From positions 1 through 60,445 of the forward strand of contig JBDRMK010000009.1 of NCBI GenBank assembly GCA_043812155.1: 60,445 nt of DNA, given 5' to 3'. The notes under the pieces are model-generated. The model had not been told where the DNA came from and did no database searches. It worked only from the letters and a program-made list of their open reading frames with translations. This DNA is from Patescibacteria group bacterium (GTDB taxonomy: Bacteria; Patescibacteriota; Patescibacteriia; JAXHNJ01). This document shows, one piece after another, positions 21,103 through 28,702 of this stretch. The first letter of the stretch is position 1, and every line of letters starts with the position of its first letter. The translations under genes were made by a program, and so were the position numbers.

Positions 21103-21282
21103 ATGTGGCACACGATAGTTCCTTATCTGCTTTTTGGCGGGGGACTCGCAGGCTTAATAACGGCCCTGGTCATTCATATTATGATTAGGAGGAGGTCCCA
21201 GAAGACGGAGTTTTGGGGCGACGCAAGATTCTTTTTTCTCGCCGTCGGTTTCCTGCTGATCGCGACCTGGTTTATCCGGTGA
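21103..21282 (+). CDS. small two-TM membrane protein (59 aa, absent from the ORF track)
   Basis: AAGGAGG SD; MWHTIVPYLLFGGGLAGLITALVIHIMIRRRSQKTEFWGDARFFFLAVGFLLIATWFIR*; followed by a terminator. Confidence 0.75.
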   Translation: MWHTIVPYLLFGGGLAGLITALVIHIMIRRRSQKTEFWGDARFFFLAVGFLLIATWFIR

Positions 21283-21302
21283 ATCACCCCGTTTTCTTTT
21301 TC

Positions 21303-21337
21303 ATTAGGCTGTCCCCTCGGATAGCCTAATTTATTTT
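21303..21337 (+). terminator. intrinsic terminator of unit 1
   Basis: attaggctgtcc-cctc-ggatagcctaat followed by ttatttt. Confidence 0.7.
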
Positions 21338-21385
21338 GCGATCACATATATATAGATTGACTTTATCAATAAAAGAGCTTAAGAT
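21334..21385 (+). promoter_or_regulatory. unit-head motif copy 2 (variant) plus promoter
   Basis: TTTTGCGATCACATATATATAGATTGAC; TTGACT-17-TAAGAT. Confidence 0.65.
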
Positions 21386-21421
21386 GTTTAACTAACAGGT
21401 TCTTTAAAAAAAGAGGTGCCC

Positions 21422-21754
21422 ATGGTAAAGATAATTGTCTTTTTCGTGCTATCAGTCATTTGTCTCATGTTAGCTGAGAGGTGGCGGAGATTAGCCACAT
21501 ATTTTTTTGATTATAGGTTCCCTTGGAACGCTTCTGTTCGCCAGCGAATGAAAAAGCTTAAGAAATCGCTCAAGGAGGCAAAAAAGAAGAAGTACAAAAG
21601 TGACCTGGATAAGTTCATACATGGCCCCTTTCAGATCCAATTCAAACACAGCCATTTTTTTAAGTATGATCGGTTAAAAAGGATCGCCTTCACGTTTGCT
21701 CTGATCTGTTTGGCAATTACGATCATTCTTGTTTACCAGAGATATGCGGGTTGA
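21422..21754 (+). CDS. small two-TM membrane protein with a lysine-rich loop
   Basis: Hydrophobic N- and C-terminal helices, basic loop; GAGGTG SD (GTG at 21416 is an alternative start). Confidence 0.65.
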   Translation: MVKIIVFFVLSVICLMLAERWRRLATYFFDYRFPWNASVRQRMKKLKKSLKEAKKKKYKSDLDKFIHGPFQIQFKHSHFFKYDRLKRIAFTFALICLAITIILVYQRYAG

Positions 21755-21783
21755 CTGATAAGCCGTCTTTCAAAGGGGGAATC

Positions 21784-22005
21784 ATGAACGTCAAAGAGGT
21801 GCTATTAATCGTCTTGGCAAGTCTGGGTCTTCTTAGCGGCCTCGTAACGGTCATTCTGCTCGAAATGACCAGCCGGAAGATAAAGAGGGAGATAGATTTC
21901 AATTGGATAAATCCAGATGCAATTAAGAAAATCAATTGGACCAGAACACTTACTTGCATAACTATCACCCTTTTAGGCTTCATTCTCTTCTTTCTTCTAA
22001 CGTAA
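21784..22005 (+). CDS. small two-TM membrane protein
   Basis: AAGGGGGA SD before ATG 21784; two hydrophobic helices. Confidence 0.7.
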   Translation: MNVKEVLLIVLASLGLLSGLVTVILLEMTSRKIKREIDFNWINPDAIKKINWTRTLTCITITLLGFILFFLLT

Positions 22006-22047
22006 GAAATGGGGGAATGGCTCGGGAAGCTGGAAAAAAGATTAGCG

Positions 22048-22078
22048 GGCTGCGTCAGCTAGGACGCGGCCTTTTTTT
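22048..22078 (+). terminator. intrinsic terminator of unit 2
   Basis: ggctgcgtc-agctag-gacgcggcc followed by T7. Confidence 0.75.
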
Positions 22079-22089
22079 ATAAAATAGAT

Positions 22090-22136
22090 TTTTGCGACAC
22101 ATAGGATTTGACTTAAATAATATATTTATATAATAT
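22090..22136 (+). promoter_or_regulatory. unit-head motif copy 3 plus promoter
   Basis: TTTTGCGACACATAGGATTTGAC (22090-22112); TTGACT-17-TAATAT. Confidence 0.75.
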
Positions 22137-22171
22137 AAAGTTAAATTTGTCGTTCCTTGAAGGGGGTTGAT

Positions 22172-22366
22172 ATGTTCAGTATAAAGAATCTAATATGGCT
22201 GATGGCGTTAGTCTTTTTGGCCTTAAGCCTCGGCTGGGGGATTGCCGGGTTTGTCTACCGGAAAAGAACTCCAGTATTGAAAGCATATAATGCGTCGGCT
22301 AATGCCGTAGGCTTATTGATCATTTCTCTTTTTCTGATGTGGATAGCCCATAAGTTCTTTCCGTGA
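22172..22366 (+). CDS. small two-TM membrane protein
   Basis: AAGGGGG SD before ATG 22172; two hydrophobic helices with an RKR loop. Confidence 0.7.
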   Translation: MFSIKNLIWLMALVFLALSLGWGIAGFVYRKRTPVLKAYNASANAVGLLIISLFLMWIAHKFFP

Positions 22367-22398
22367 AATTATATTTTTGTCGGTCCTATTTCTTACGG

Positions 22399-22425
22399 GG
22401 CTGTCCCTCTCGGGCAGCCTTTTTT
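22399..22425 (+). terminator. intrinsic terminator of unit 3
   Basis: ggctgtcc-ctctc-gggcagcc followed by T6; homologous to the terminator at 21303. Confidence 0.75.
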
Positions 22426-22426
22426 A

Positions 22427-22473
22427 TTTTGTGACACATGGATTTGACGACATACCTTATTATGTAATAAGAT
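22427..22473 (+). promoter_or_regulatory. unit-head motif copy 4 plus promoter
   Basis: TTTTGTGACACATGGATTTGAC (22427-22448); TTGACG-18-TAAGAT. Confidence 0.7.
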
Positions 22474-22529
22474 AATTAACCCGATAAGAACTATTTATTG
22501 ACTACCAGCTTCTTGAAGGAGGTTATCGC

Positions 22530-22784
22530 ATGTCACCGACACAAATAGGAGCTCTTTGTTCTTTATTTGGCTCGGCCCTTTGTTTAGTGGTTTCTGTCGT
22601 TCTTTGGCAGTTAGTCCTGCCTTTCGCCGGCAGACAGCTGTTCGAAGAGGAGACAGGGGAGGTTCGGCCCAAGATTACGACATACCCGACCGAAAAGAAA
22701 GCGGTTCGACGATTCATCGGGTGTCTTCTGATCAGCGCCGCGATTCTCATCGTTCTTTCCATATATCTCTTTTATAGAAAATAA
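22530..22784 (+). CDS. small two-TM membrane protein
   Basis: AAGGAGG SD; two hydrophobic helices. Confidence 0.72.
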   Translation: MSPTQIGALCSLFGSALCLVVSVVLWQLVLPFAGRQLFEEETGEVRPKITTYPTEKKAVRRFIGCLLISAAILIVLSIYLFYRK

Positions 22785-22798
22785 GACAGCCTCATAAT

Positions 22799-22829
22799 AA
22801 CAGGTCCTCCCCCGAGTGACCTGTTTTTT
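22799..22829 (+). terminator. intrinsic terminator of unit 4
   Basis: aacaggtc...gacctgtt followed by a T-run. Confidence 0.7.
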
Positions 22830-22882
22830 CTTAGGGGAGTAGCATCTTGACGTATTTTGGCTATAGGTTTAAAATGAATAGA

Positions 22883-22910
22883 GAGTCATATAATATAGGT
22901 TAAGCGCCCC
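22883..22910. other. candidate dif-like Xer recombination site
   Basis: GAGTCATATAA-TATAGG-TTAAGCGCCCC has 11-6-11 architecture with a TAA-N6-TTA core; it lies between the TTGACG-17-TAAAAT promoter (22847-22875) and the first xer gene. Confidence 0.4.
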
Positions 22911-22925
22911 AAGAGTGTCTATTTT

Positions 22926-23900
22926 ATGAACAAATCTAATAAACCCATAATTAGCCATATTCCCGATTACCTTGAGTTTTGCGAGGTGGAAAAGGGATTA
23001 GCTAATCTTTCCGTAAAAAATTACGACGAATTTTTAGTACCTTTTAAAAAGTGGCTTCAAAAGAATAACCTGACTCGGTTATTGCCTCATGAGTTAACTA
23101 AGCAGCATATCTGGGACTTTCGGCCGTTTCTTTCCCGGTTTGTGATAGTTAATACCAAAAAGAACCTGCAAAAAACGACCCAGAACTATTATTTGATCGC
23201 CCTAAGGGGACTTTTATCCTATTTCGCGGAAAAAGACATCACTTCCCTGCCCCCGGAGAAAATTAAACTAAGCAAGAAAAACAAGAGCCGGGTGATTAAA
23301 TTTTTGTCTCTTGACCAGATTGAAAAACTTTTGATGGCTCCTGACCTTACTAATATAATCGGTTTGCGTGACCGTGCCATCCTAGAAACTCTTTTCAGCA
23401 CGGGTTTACGTGTTACTGAGCTTATAAACCTTAATCGAGACCAGATTAACCTGGAATTATTGCGAAAAAATCGGAATAAAGACATGGAGTTGGTCATTGT
23501 CGGAAAAGGCAATAAACCCAGAACAGTTTACCTGTCAGAGAGGACAATTGAGTGGCTGATCAAGTTTCTCGAGAAAAGAAATGATAATGATCCGGCTTTA
23601 TTCATAAATGTCTTAAAAAATAAATCCACGCAGTCAAAACGTCTGACTTCTCGTTCAGTTGAGAAAATGATCAAAAAGTATTGTAAAATACAAGGTCTGC
23701 CGATTACCACTACTCCGCACACCATAAGACATTCATACGCCACAGATTTATTAGAACAAGGTGTTGACTTGCGCACCATTCAGGAATTCTTGGGCCATCA
23801 AAATATCGTTACCACTCAAGTCTATACTCATGTCACTAATAAACATCTACGAGACGTTCATAGAGCCTTTCATAGCGGAAATAAGCTAAAAAACGAGTGA
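22926..23900 (+). CDS. tyrosine recombinase, XerC/XerD family
   Basis: RDRAILETLFSTGLRVTEL, GKGNK, PHTIRHSYAT, LGH..TTQVY: complete R-K-H-R-H-Y set plus N-terminal core-binding domain. Confidence 0.93.
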   Translation: MNKSNKPIISHIPDYLEFCEVEKGLANLSVKNYDEFLVPFKKWLQKNNLTRLLPHELTKQHIWDFRPFLSRFVIVNTKKNLQKTTQNYYLIALRGLLSYFAEKDITSLPPEKIKLSKKNKSRVIKFLSLDQIEKLLMAPDLTNIIGLRDRAILETLFSTGLRVTELINLNRDQINLELLRKNRNKDMELVIVGKGNKPRTVYLSERTIEWLIKFLEKRNDNDPALFINVLKNKSTQSKRLTSRSVEKMIKKYCKIQGLPITTTPHTIRHSYATDLLEQGVDLRTIQEFLGHQNIVTTQVYTHVTNKHLRDVHRAFHSGNKLKNE

Positions 23901-23904
23901 TTAT

Positions 23905-24432
23905 ATGAATAACAATTTACCTTGGCATGAAGTAGAAAAATCTATTCATAAAGAAATTACTTGGTTAAAAAACGTTGTTGACACCCAGGAAAACCTAAAT
24001 TTTCTTTTTGCGCCCGAGCAAGTGGACAAATGGACTTCGTACTATTTTATTTATCGTTTAATAGCCATTGCCATTGTACGAGGAGATGTTAAAGCGAGAG
24101 AAATAAATGCGAAAAATAACCAAGATTTATGGGATAATTTGACAAAAACTTTTACCGAACCCATAAAAGCAAAACATGGACAGGATTGGCATAAAAGAAT
24201 GATCGACATATTAGAAAAGTATTTTACTGAGCAAGATTACGAAGTATCCATTGAACCGAATTTATTTCACGGCCGTGCAGATTTAGGAATACACAAAAAT
24301 GGCAAGAAAAACATCTATGTTGAAGTGGGAAAAACGTCTATTTATAAATTGTGCGTAAATTTACTTAACATGAAAGAGTGCATCATCTTATTGGTTCCGC
24401 AGAATAACAAAGCGATAGAATTTGAATTATAA
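23905..24432 (+). CDS. hypothetical protein, possible PD-(D/E)XK-fold nuclease
   Basis: IEPNLFHGRADLGIHKNGKKNIYVEVG resembles an E...AD...(V)EV restriction-endonuclease-like core; AT-rich. Confidence 0.5.
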   Translation: MNNNLPWHEVEKSIHKEITWLKNVVDTQENLNFLFAPEQVDKWTSYYFIYRLIAIAIVRGDVKAREINAKNNQDLWDNLTKTFTEPIKAKHGQDWHKRMIDILEKYFTEQDYEVSIEPNLFHGRADLGIHKNGKKNIYVEVGKTSIYKLCVNLLNMKECIILLVPQNNKAIEFEL

Positions 24433-24436
24433 TAAT

Positions 24437-25372
24437 ATGCTTCCCCTATTCAAAGAATATATTTCATATTTAAACACAAAAATCTATTCCAAAGAAACCG
24501 TTTACAATTACGAAAGAGATTTGAAAGTCTTTGAAGAATTCCTGCAGGAGATGGGTCTCCCCTGGAAAAAGCTCAATCGGAGGGCCATTGAACAATACAA
24601 GGCCTATTTGACCTCCATTGACCGAAAAACGGCCCAGAACGCCAAAATAGAGGCTAAATTGGGCTCTTACAGCATTAATCGCATGCTTTCAAGCCTTAGA
24701 TCTTACCTCAAGTACTTAATTGATAATGAATACGAAACACCCATTTCACCGGAAGTGGTGAAGCTGACTAAGACAGAGAAAAAACACCCCAGAGTCGCGG
24801 AACTCCAGGACTTGATCCGCTTAATTGAATCCCCTGCTGTTTTTGAAAAAAACAAGGAAGTGATTTTGCGCAACCGCGCCATGCTGGAAGTTTTATTTTC
24901 CACTGGCTTGCGCATCTCGGAGCTGACCAATCTTAACCGCGACCAGATTGATAATTCCGGCAAGATCTTTGTCATGGGCAAAGGGAAAAAAGAAAGATTC
25001 GTTTATCTGACCGAGAGAGCCAAAGAACATCTGAAAAACTATCTAAATACCAGAAAAGACAATTCCCCTAGCCTATTCATCCCCTACCGCGGCTCGGCGG
25101 TCAAAACCACGCACCGAAGAATTTCCATAAATTATATTCAGGAAAGAATAAAAAGATACCGGGAGCTTTTAAAAATAAACGTACCAACGTCAGCCCATAG
25201 TTTAAGACACGGCTTTGCCACATATTTAGCCGAATCCGGCGCCAATCCCGCGGCAATTCAAATATTACTAGGCCATGAGTCGTTAGATACGACAACTCGT
25301 TATGTTCATGCCTCTGATAGATATGCAGAAGAGACAATGAAAAAATTTCATCCGTTAAAAAATAAGCAATGA
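24437..25372 (+). CDS. tyrosine recombinase, XerC/XerD family (second copy)
   Basis: RNRAMLEVLFSTGLRISEL, GKGKKER, HSLRHGFAT, LGHESLDTTTRY. Confidence 0.93.
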   Translation: MLPLFKEYISYLNTKIYSKETVYNYERDLKVFEEFLQEMGLPWKKLNRRAIEQYKAYLTSIDRKTAQNAKIEAKLGSYSINRMLSSLRSYLKYLIDNEYETPISPEVVKLTKTEKKHPRVAELQDLIRLIESPAVFEKNKEVILRNRAMLEVLFSTGLRISELTNLNRDQIDNSGKIFVMGKGKKERFVYLTERAKEHLKNYLNTRKDNSPSLFIPYRGSAVKTTHRRISINYIQERIKRYRELLKINVPTSAHSLRHGFATYLAESGANPAAIQILLGHESLDTTTRYVHASDRYAEETMKKFHPLKNKQ

Positions 25373-25803
25373 TAAATTTTAGCGTTAATCAGCCGGAAAA
25401 AGATAAAAAATATTTTCAGCGTATCGGAGCATACGTCATTATTATTAATGACAATTTATTGGCGACCGTAAAAACAAAAACAGGTTATTTTTTACCGGGT
25501 GGCGGACTGGAAAAAAATGAATCTCCGGAAAATTGCTTAGTTAGGGAATGTCTGGAAGAAATAGGAATAAAGATCAAAGTAATTAAAAAAATCAGCCAAG
25601 GCAATTATTACTTTTTTTCCACCACGAAACAGACGGATATGGAAAATATCGGCCATTTTTATGAAGGAAAAATTGAAAGCGTTATAAACGTTCAGACCGA
25701 AAAAGACCATGAATTAATCTGGTTAGAGCCAAAAAAGGCGATAACATGGTTATATCTGAAAAATCAACAAGAAGCGGTCCGACTTTTCTTAAATAATAAT
25801 TAA
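25369..25803 (+). CDS. NUDIX hydrolase
   Basis: Nudix box GGGLEKNESPENCLVRECLEEIG. Confidence 0.9.
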   Translation: MINFSVNQPEKDKKYFQRIGAYVIIINDNLLATVKTKTGYFLPGGGLEKNESPENCLVRECLEEIGIKIKVIKKISQGNYYFFSTTKQTDMENIGHFYEGKIESVINVQTEKDHELIWLEPKKAITWLYLKNQQEAVRLFLNNN

Positions 25804-25820
25804 TAACGGTTCTTAGACTA

Positions 25821-25920
25821 AAACAGGCCGAAAGGGCCCTTTTTGTTAAATAATAAATCCAAAATTCTAAATTCTAAACAAATTCGAAATTCGAAATTTC
25901 AAGCACGACTATCCCCTACT
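25821..25920 (+). repeat. composite intergenic element copy A
   Basis: ggccgaaagggcc hairpin, tttttgttaaa, an AAATTC/AAATCC-like tract, then cacgactatcccctact; same order recurs at 27279-27392. Confidence 0.7.
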
Positions 25921-25994
25921 CTTAAATTATAACTAAAGAAGAACCCCGCAGAAGGCTGCAGGGTTCGTTGGGAACGTGTTGATTCGAATCAGAA

Positions 25995-27119
25995 TTATTC
26001 GCCAGGCGGCGGCAAGGTGATACCTTCGGGCTCGAAGATGACCTTTCTTTCCCCTTCCTCGACCCGGCCGAGATCAATGAGATCGTAGCCGGCTGGCTTG
26101 GCCATGGCGATGGCGACTTCCACTTCGCTTTCCGGCACGTAAATATAGTAGCCGATGCCCCAGTTGAAGGTAGTCAGGCAGTCTGACAGAGTTACGCCGA
26201 GCTGGCGCATGAAGAGGAAAATCTGGGGAATCTCATCCACCCATTTGCTGATGCGATACGTGAACGGCCGGTGGTCGAAAGCGATCTTGGCCACGCCGCT
26301 GCCGGTGCCAGGCAACAAAGCGTGAATGTCCACGCCGGCGTCAAGCAAAGCCTCAACCAAGGCCACGTAGGAACGTGTGGGTATCAGGGCGTGCTCACCC
26401 AGGGTTCGGCCGTCGGGCAGAAGAGTGAGGAATTTCTCCGGAAGAGTCATGGCCCGCCTGATTACCAGTGAAATGCCGTTGGCATGGATGCCGGTGGAAG
26501 GCGCGCCGAGGATGTGGTCCCCCGCGCAGAGCTTTTCTCCGCTTATCAGCCGGCTGGACGGTGCGATGACGCCGGTAGTGCAGCCGGAAAAAGACGGGGC
26601 GCTTTTGACCGGCGGCGCGGCTTTGATAAGATAGACCAGCGAGGGCGACTCTCCGGCCACGACCGCAATGCCATCCTGGAAGCAAAGCTCCAGCATGCCG
26701 ACCGTCAAAGCCTGGCTTCTTTTTTCGTCCAAAAACCAGTCGCTGTCGCCGGCCGCCACCTCGTCGGTGTAAATCGCCGGCATAGCGCCCTGAGCGATGA
26801 GATCGTTGATCGCCATCAGCATGGTGTCCCACATGATGTACTCGTAGAAAGTCCTGCCCGTGCCCGAAAACTGATACATCCATTCGGCGATCCAGTTCTT
26901 GTTGCCAAGGCCTTCCGTGGTCTTGCACCAGATGTGGGGTAAATCGCCTCGATACTCGAAGACCCCGCCGTGGCTGTGGAGCAGAGACTCCTTGACGTAG
27001 AACCCGCGCCAGTTGGGACACCCGAGGGTCCTCCGACAGGCCTCGATCATGATACGTTTGAAAGGTTCGATCTTGCGGTAATCCACCGCTTGCGCGTATT
27101 CAGAACCTCCCTGTTTCAT
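25995..27119 (-). CDS. purM: AIR synthase (PurM)-like protein, divergent and orphan
   Basis: TEGLGNK, MAINDLIAQGA, AGESP, GDHILGAPSTGIHANGISL, PTRSY, TFNWGIG align with PurM motifs; AGGAGG SD. Confidence 0.7.
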   Translation of the reverse strand: MKQGGSEYAQAVDYRKIEPFKRIMIEACRRTLGCPNWRGFYVKESLLHSHGGVFEYRGDLPHIWCKTTEGLGNKNWIAEWMYQFSGTGRTFYEYIMWDTMLMAINDLIAQGAMPAIYTDEVAAGDSDWFLDEKRSQALTVGMLELCFQDGIAVVAGESPSLVYLIKAAPPVKSAPSFSGCTTGVIAPSSRLISGEKLCAGDHILGAPSTGIHANGISLVIRRAMTLPEKFLTLLPDGRTLGEHALIPTRSYVALVEALLDAGVDIHALLPGTGSGVAKIAFDHRPFTYRISKWVDEIPQIFLFMRQLGVTLSDCLTTFNWGIGYYIYVPESEVEVAIAMAKPAGYDLIDLGRVEEGERKVIFEPEGITLPPPGE

Positions 27120-27203
27120 AGAATCCTCCTTTTTCTTTCGGTGAGGCTGAACACTAATTTAATTAACCTTATCTTATTACAAAAAATAAAATAGTCAAGG
27201 AAA

Positions 27204-27220
27204 CACGACTATCCCCTACT
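27204..27220 (+). repeat. 17-bp direct repeat flanking the purM unit
   Basis: cacgactatcccctact is identical to 25904-25920. Confidence 0.85.
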
Positions 27221-27278
27221 AGATCATCAGCTTGCCGTAAAAGTGAGGCATGAGGTAAGGATATTACTTCTGGGGGCA

Positions 27279-27392
27279 AAAAACCCGGCCGAAAGGGCCT
27301 TTTTTGTTAAATCCAAAGCACAAAGCACCAAATCCAAAACAATATCAAATGCTCAAAATTCAAAATTCGAAACACGACGGCTATCCCCTGCT
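27279..27392 (+). repeat. composite intergenic element copy B
   Basis: aaaaacccggccgaaagggccttttttgttaaa, low-complexity tract, then cacgacggctatcccctgct; the hairpin part occurs a third time at 27772-27805. Confidence 0.7.
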
Positions 27393-27478
27393 TTGAAGTT
27401 CAGGCTTGACAAAAAGCCAAGCAATTGAAATAATTACCAACTAAAACAGATTGCGCGTCAAATTCCAAGGAGGTCGAA

Positions 27479-27709
27479 ATGAACCGTTTTTTATCTTGGC
27501 TGGCGGCAAAAGCCAGAAAAATGTTCTCCCTCAATGGCGGTCATCTATACAGCGTCGACTTATTCGGTCGGTATGACCCGAATGACCCTGAACCCCTCCT
27601 GTCTTCATGTCCAGACGGCTGGATAAAAAGTGTTGTGGTGAGCAAAGACAACCCTTTCTGTCCAAGATGCCACAAACGGGTTTTCTTTCCGAAAAAAGAA
27701 AAAACATGA
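27479..27709 (+). CDS. small hypothetical protein with a C-terminal CxxC
   Basis: AAGGAGG SD, TTGACA promoter near 27406, CPRCHKR motif. Confidence 0.6.
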   Translation: MNRFLSWLAAKARKMFSLNGGHLYSVDLFGRYDPNDPEPLLSSCPDGWIKSVVVSKDNPFCPRCHKRVFFPKKEKT

Positions 27710-27821
27710 GGCCAAAAAACGGTCTCATTCCGCTCTTCGCCCGACGATCCTCGCCGGGCTTTTTCTTAATTAAAAACCCGGCCGAAAGGGCCTGATTTAT
27801 GTTAAAAAATATTTTCTATTT

Positions 27822-28685
27822 TTAAATTTTCGAAGAAATTAGAGCGCCGGAATGCGTAACCCGGTCGATCAGTTCTTCAATAATCGAACCCATATCCGCT
27901 TCTGATCTGGAATCAAAGCCGATATGAGTATAAAAGCACTGCTGATGGTCAAAGAAAATGATCGGCTGGCCGGACAGTTTCAGATACCACTCCATAAAAT
28001 CCGGGGAAAGGATCTGATAAGCGATCTTCGCCTGGTCAGTGTGAACCAGGGTTTTTTTATTGAATTCCACGCTCTCCAGGTCAATATCGCGGCCGATGGT
28101 CGGCCCGTTGACTCTCTGCAGGATCAGCCGGCCGGGAAACTCTTTCGGAAAATTCACCCGGGCCTGCATGATCCGGAATTGGCCGGTCATTTGGGCCTGG
28201 CCGCTTGCGGCCGGCGAGTTTATTTTATGGACAAATACCCGTTTGCCAAAAGGCGCGGAAATAGCCGGTCGGGCCGGCCCGGCGGGCATCGCTTCTTCAG
28301 GCATAAAGTTGATCTGGAAAATTTGATAATTTACCCCCTGCTTTGTCCCCTGTCCCATTTTCTTGGGCCAGATCTTCGGCTGCCGGCTGAAAAATCGGAT
28401 CATTTCCCCCAGGCCGGGAAAAATATCAGCGAAAGAAAGCGCTTCGCCTTCCTGCCAGGACCAGACTTTAGGCGACAAAACCAGGTTTGACTGGCCCAGC
28501 TGGCGCATTCCCTTAAAGACAGAGAAGAACCGGCCGGCGGAGCGCGCAAACATTATACAGACAAAAGCGATGATAACGGGATAAATAACGTAATCAGGCA
28601 AATGGCCATGGCTAAAATAGCCGGCGATGATTAAAATAATGAAGATTAAGAAGAAAATAACATCCTTATCTGATCTTGCTCGCAT
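27822..28685 (-). CDS. membrane protein with a DUF3137-like domain
   Basis: Two N-terminal TMs; LESVEFNKK..HTDQAKIAYQILSPDFM motif; start placed at the ATG after the upstream gene's stop. Confidence 0.6.
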   Translation of the reverse strand: MRARSDKDVIFFLIFIILIIAGYFSHGHLPDYVIYPVIIAFVCIMFARSAGRFFSVFKGMRQLGQSNLVLSPKVWSWQEGEALSFADIFPGLGEMIRFFSRQPKIWPKKMGQGTKQGVNYQIFQINFMPEEAMPAGPARPAISAPFGKRVFVHKINSPAASGQAQMTGQFRIMQARVNFPKEFPGRLILQRVNGPTIGRDIDLESVEFNKKTLVHTDQAKIAYQILSPDFMEWYLKLSGQPIIFFDHQQCFYTHIGFDSRSEADMGSIIEELIDRVTHSGALISSKI

Positions 28686-28702
28686 AATAATCGATTTAAT
28701 TA

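Noticed and set aside
21026-22448. CRISPR array from the repeated 23-bp motif
   Set aside because: Spacing is 300-750 bp, the spacers contain genes, and no cas genes are present.
21026-25372. Classical integron (IntI plus attC cassettes)
   Set aside because: Both recombinases are Xer-sized with no evident IntI-specific insertion. The units carry their own promoters and I found no RYYYAAC...GTTRRRY attC boxes.
27243-27428. 61-aa ORF, and similarly the ORF at 32001-32264
   Set aside because: They are translations of intergenic hairpins and AAATCC-type tracts, with no SD or protein-like features.
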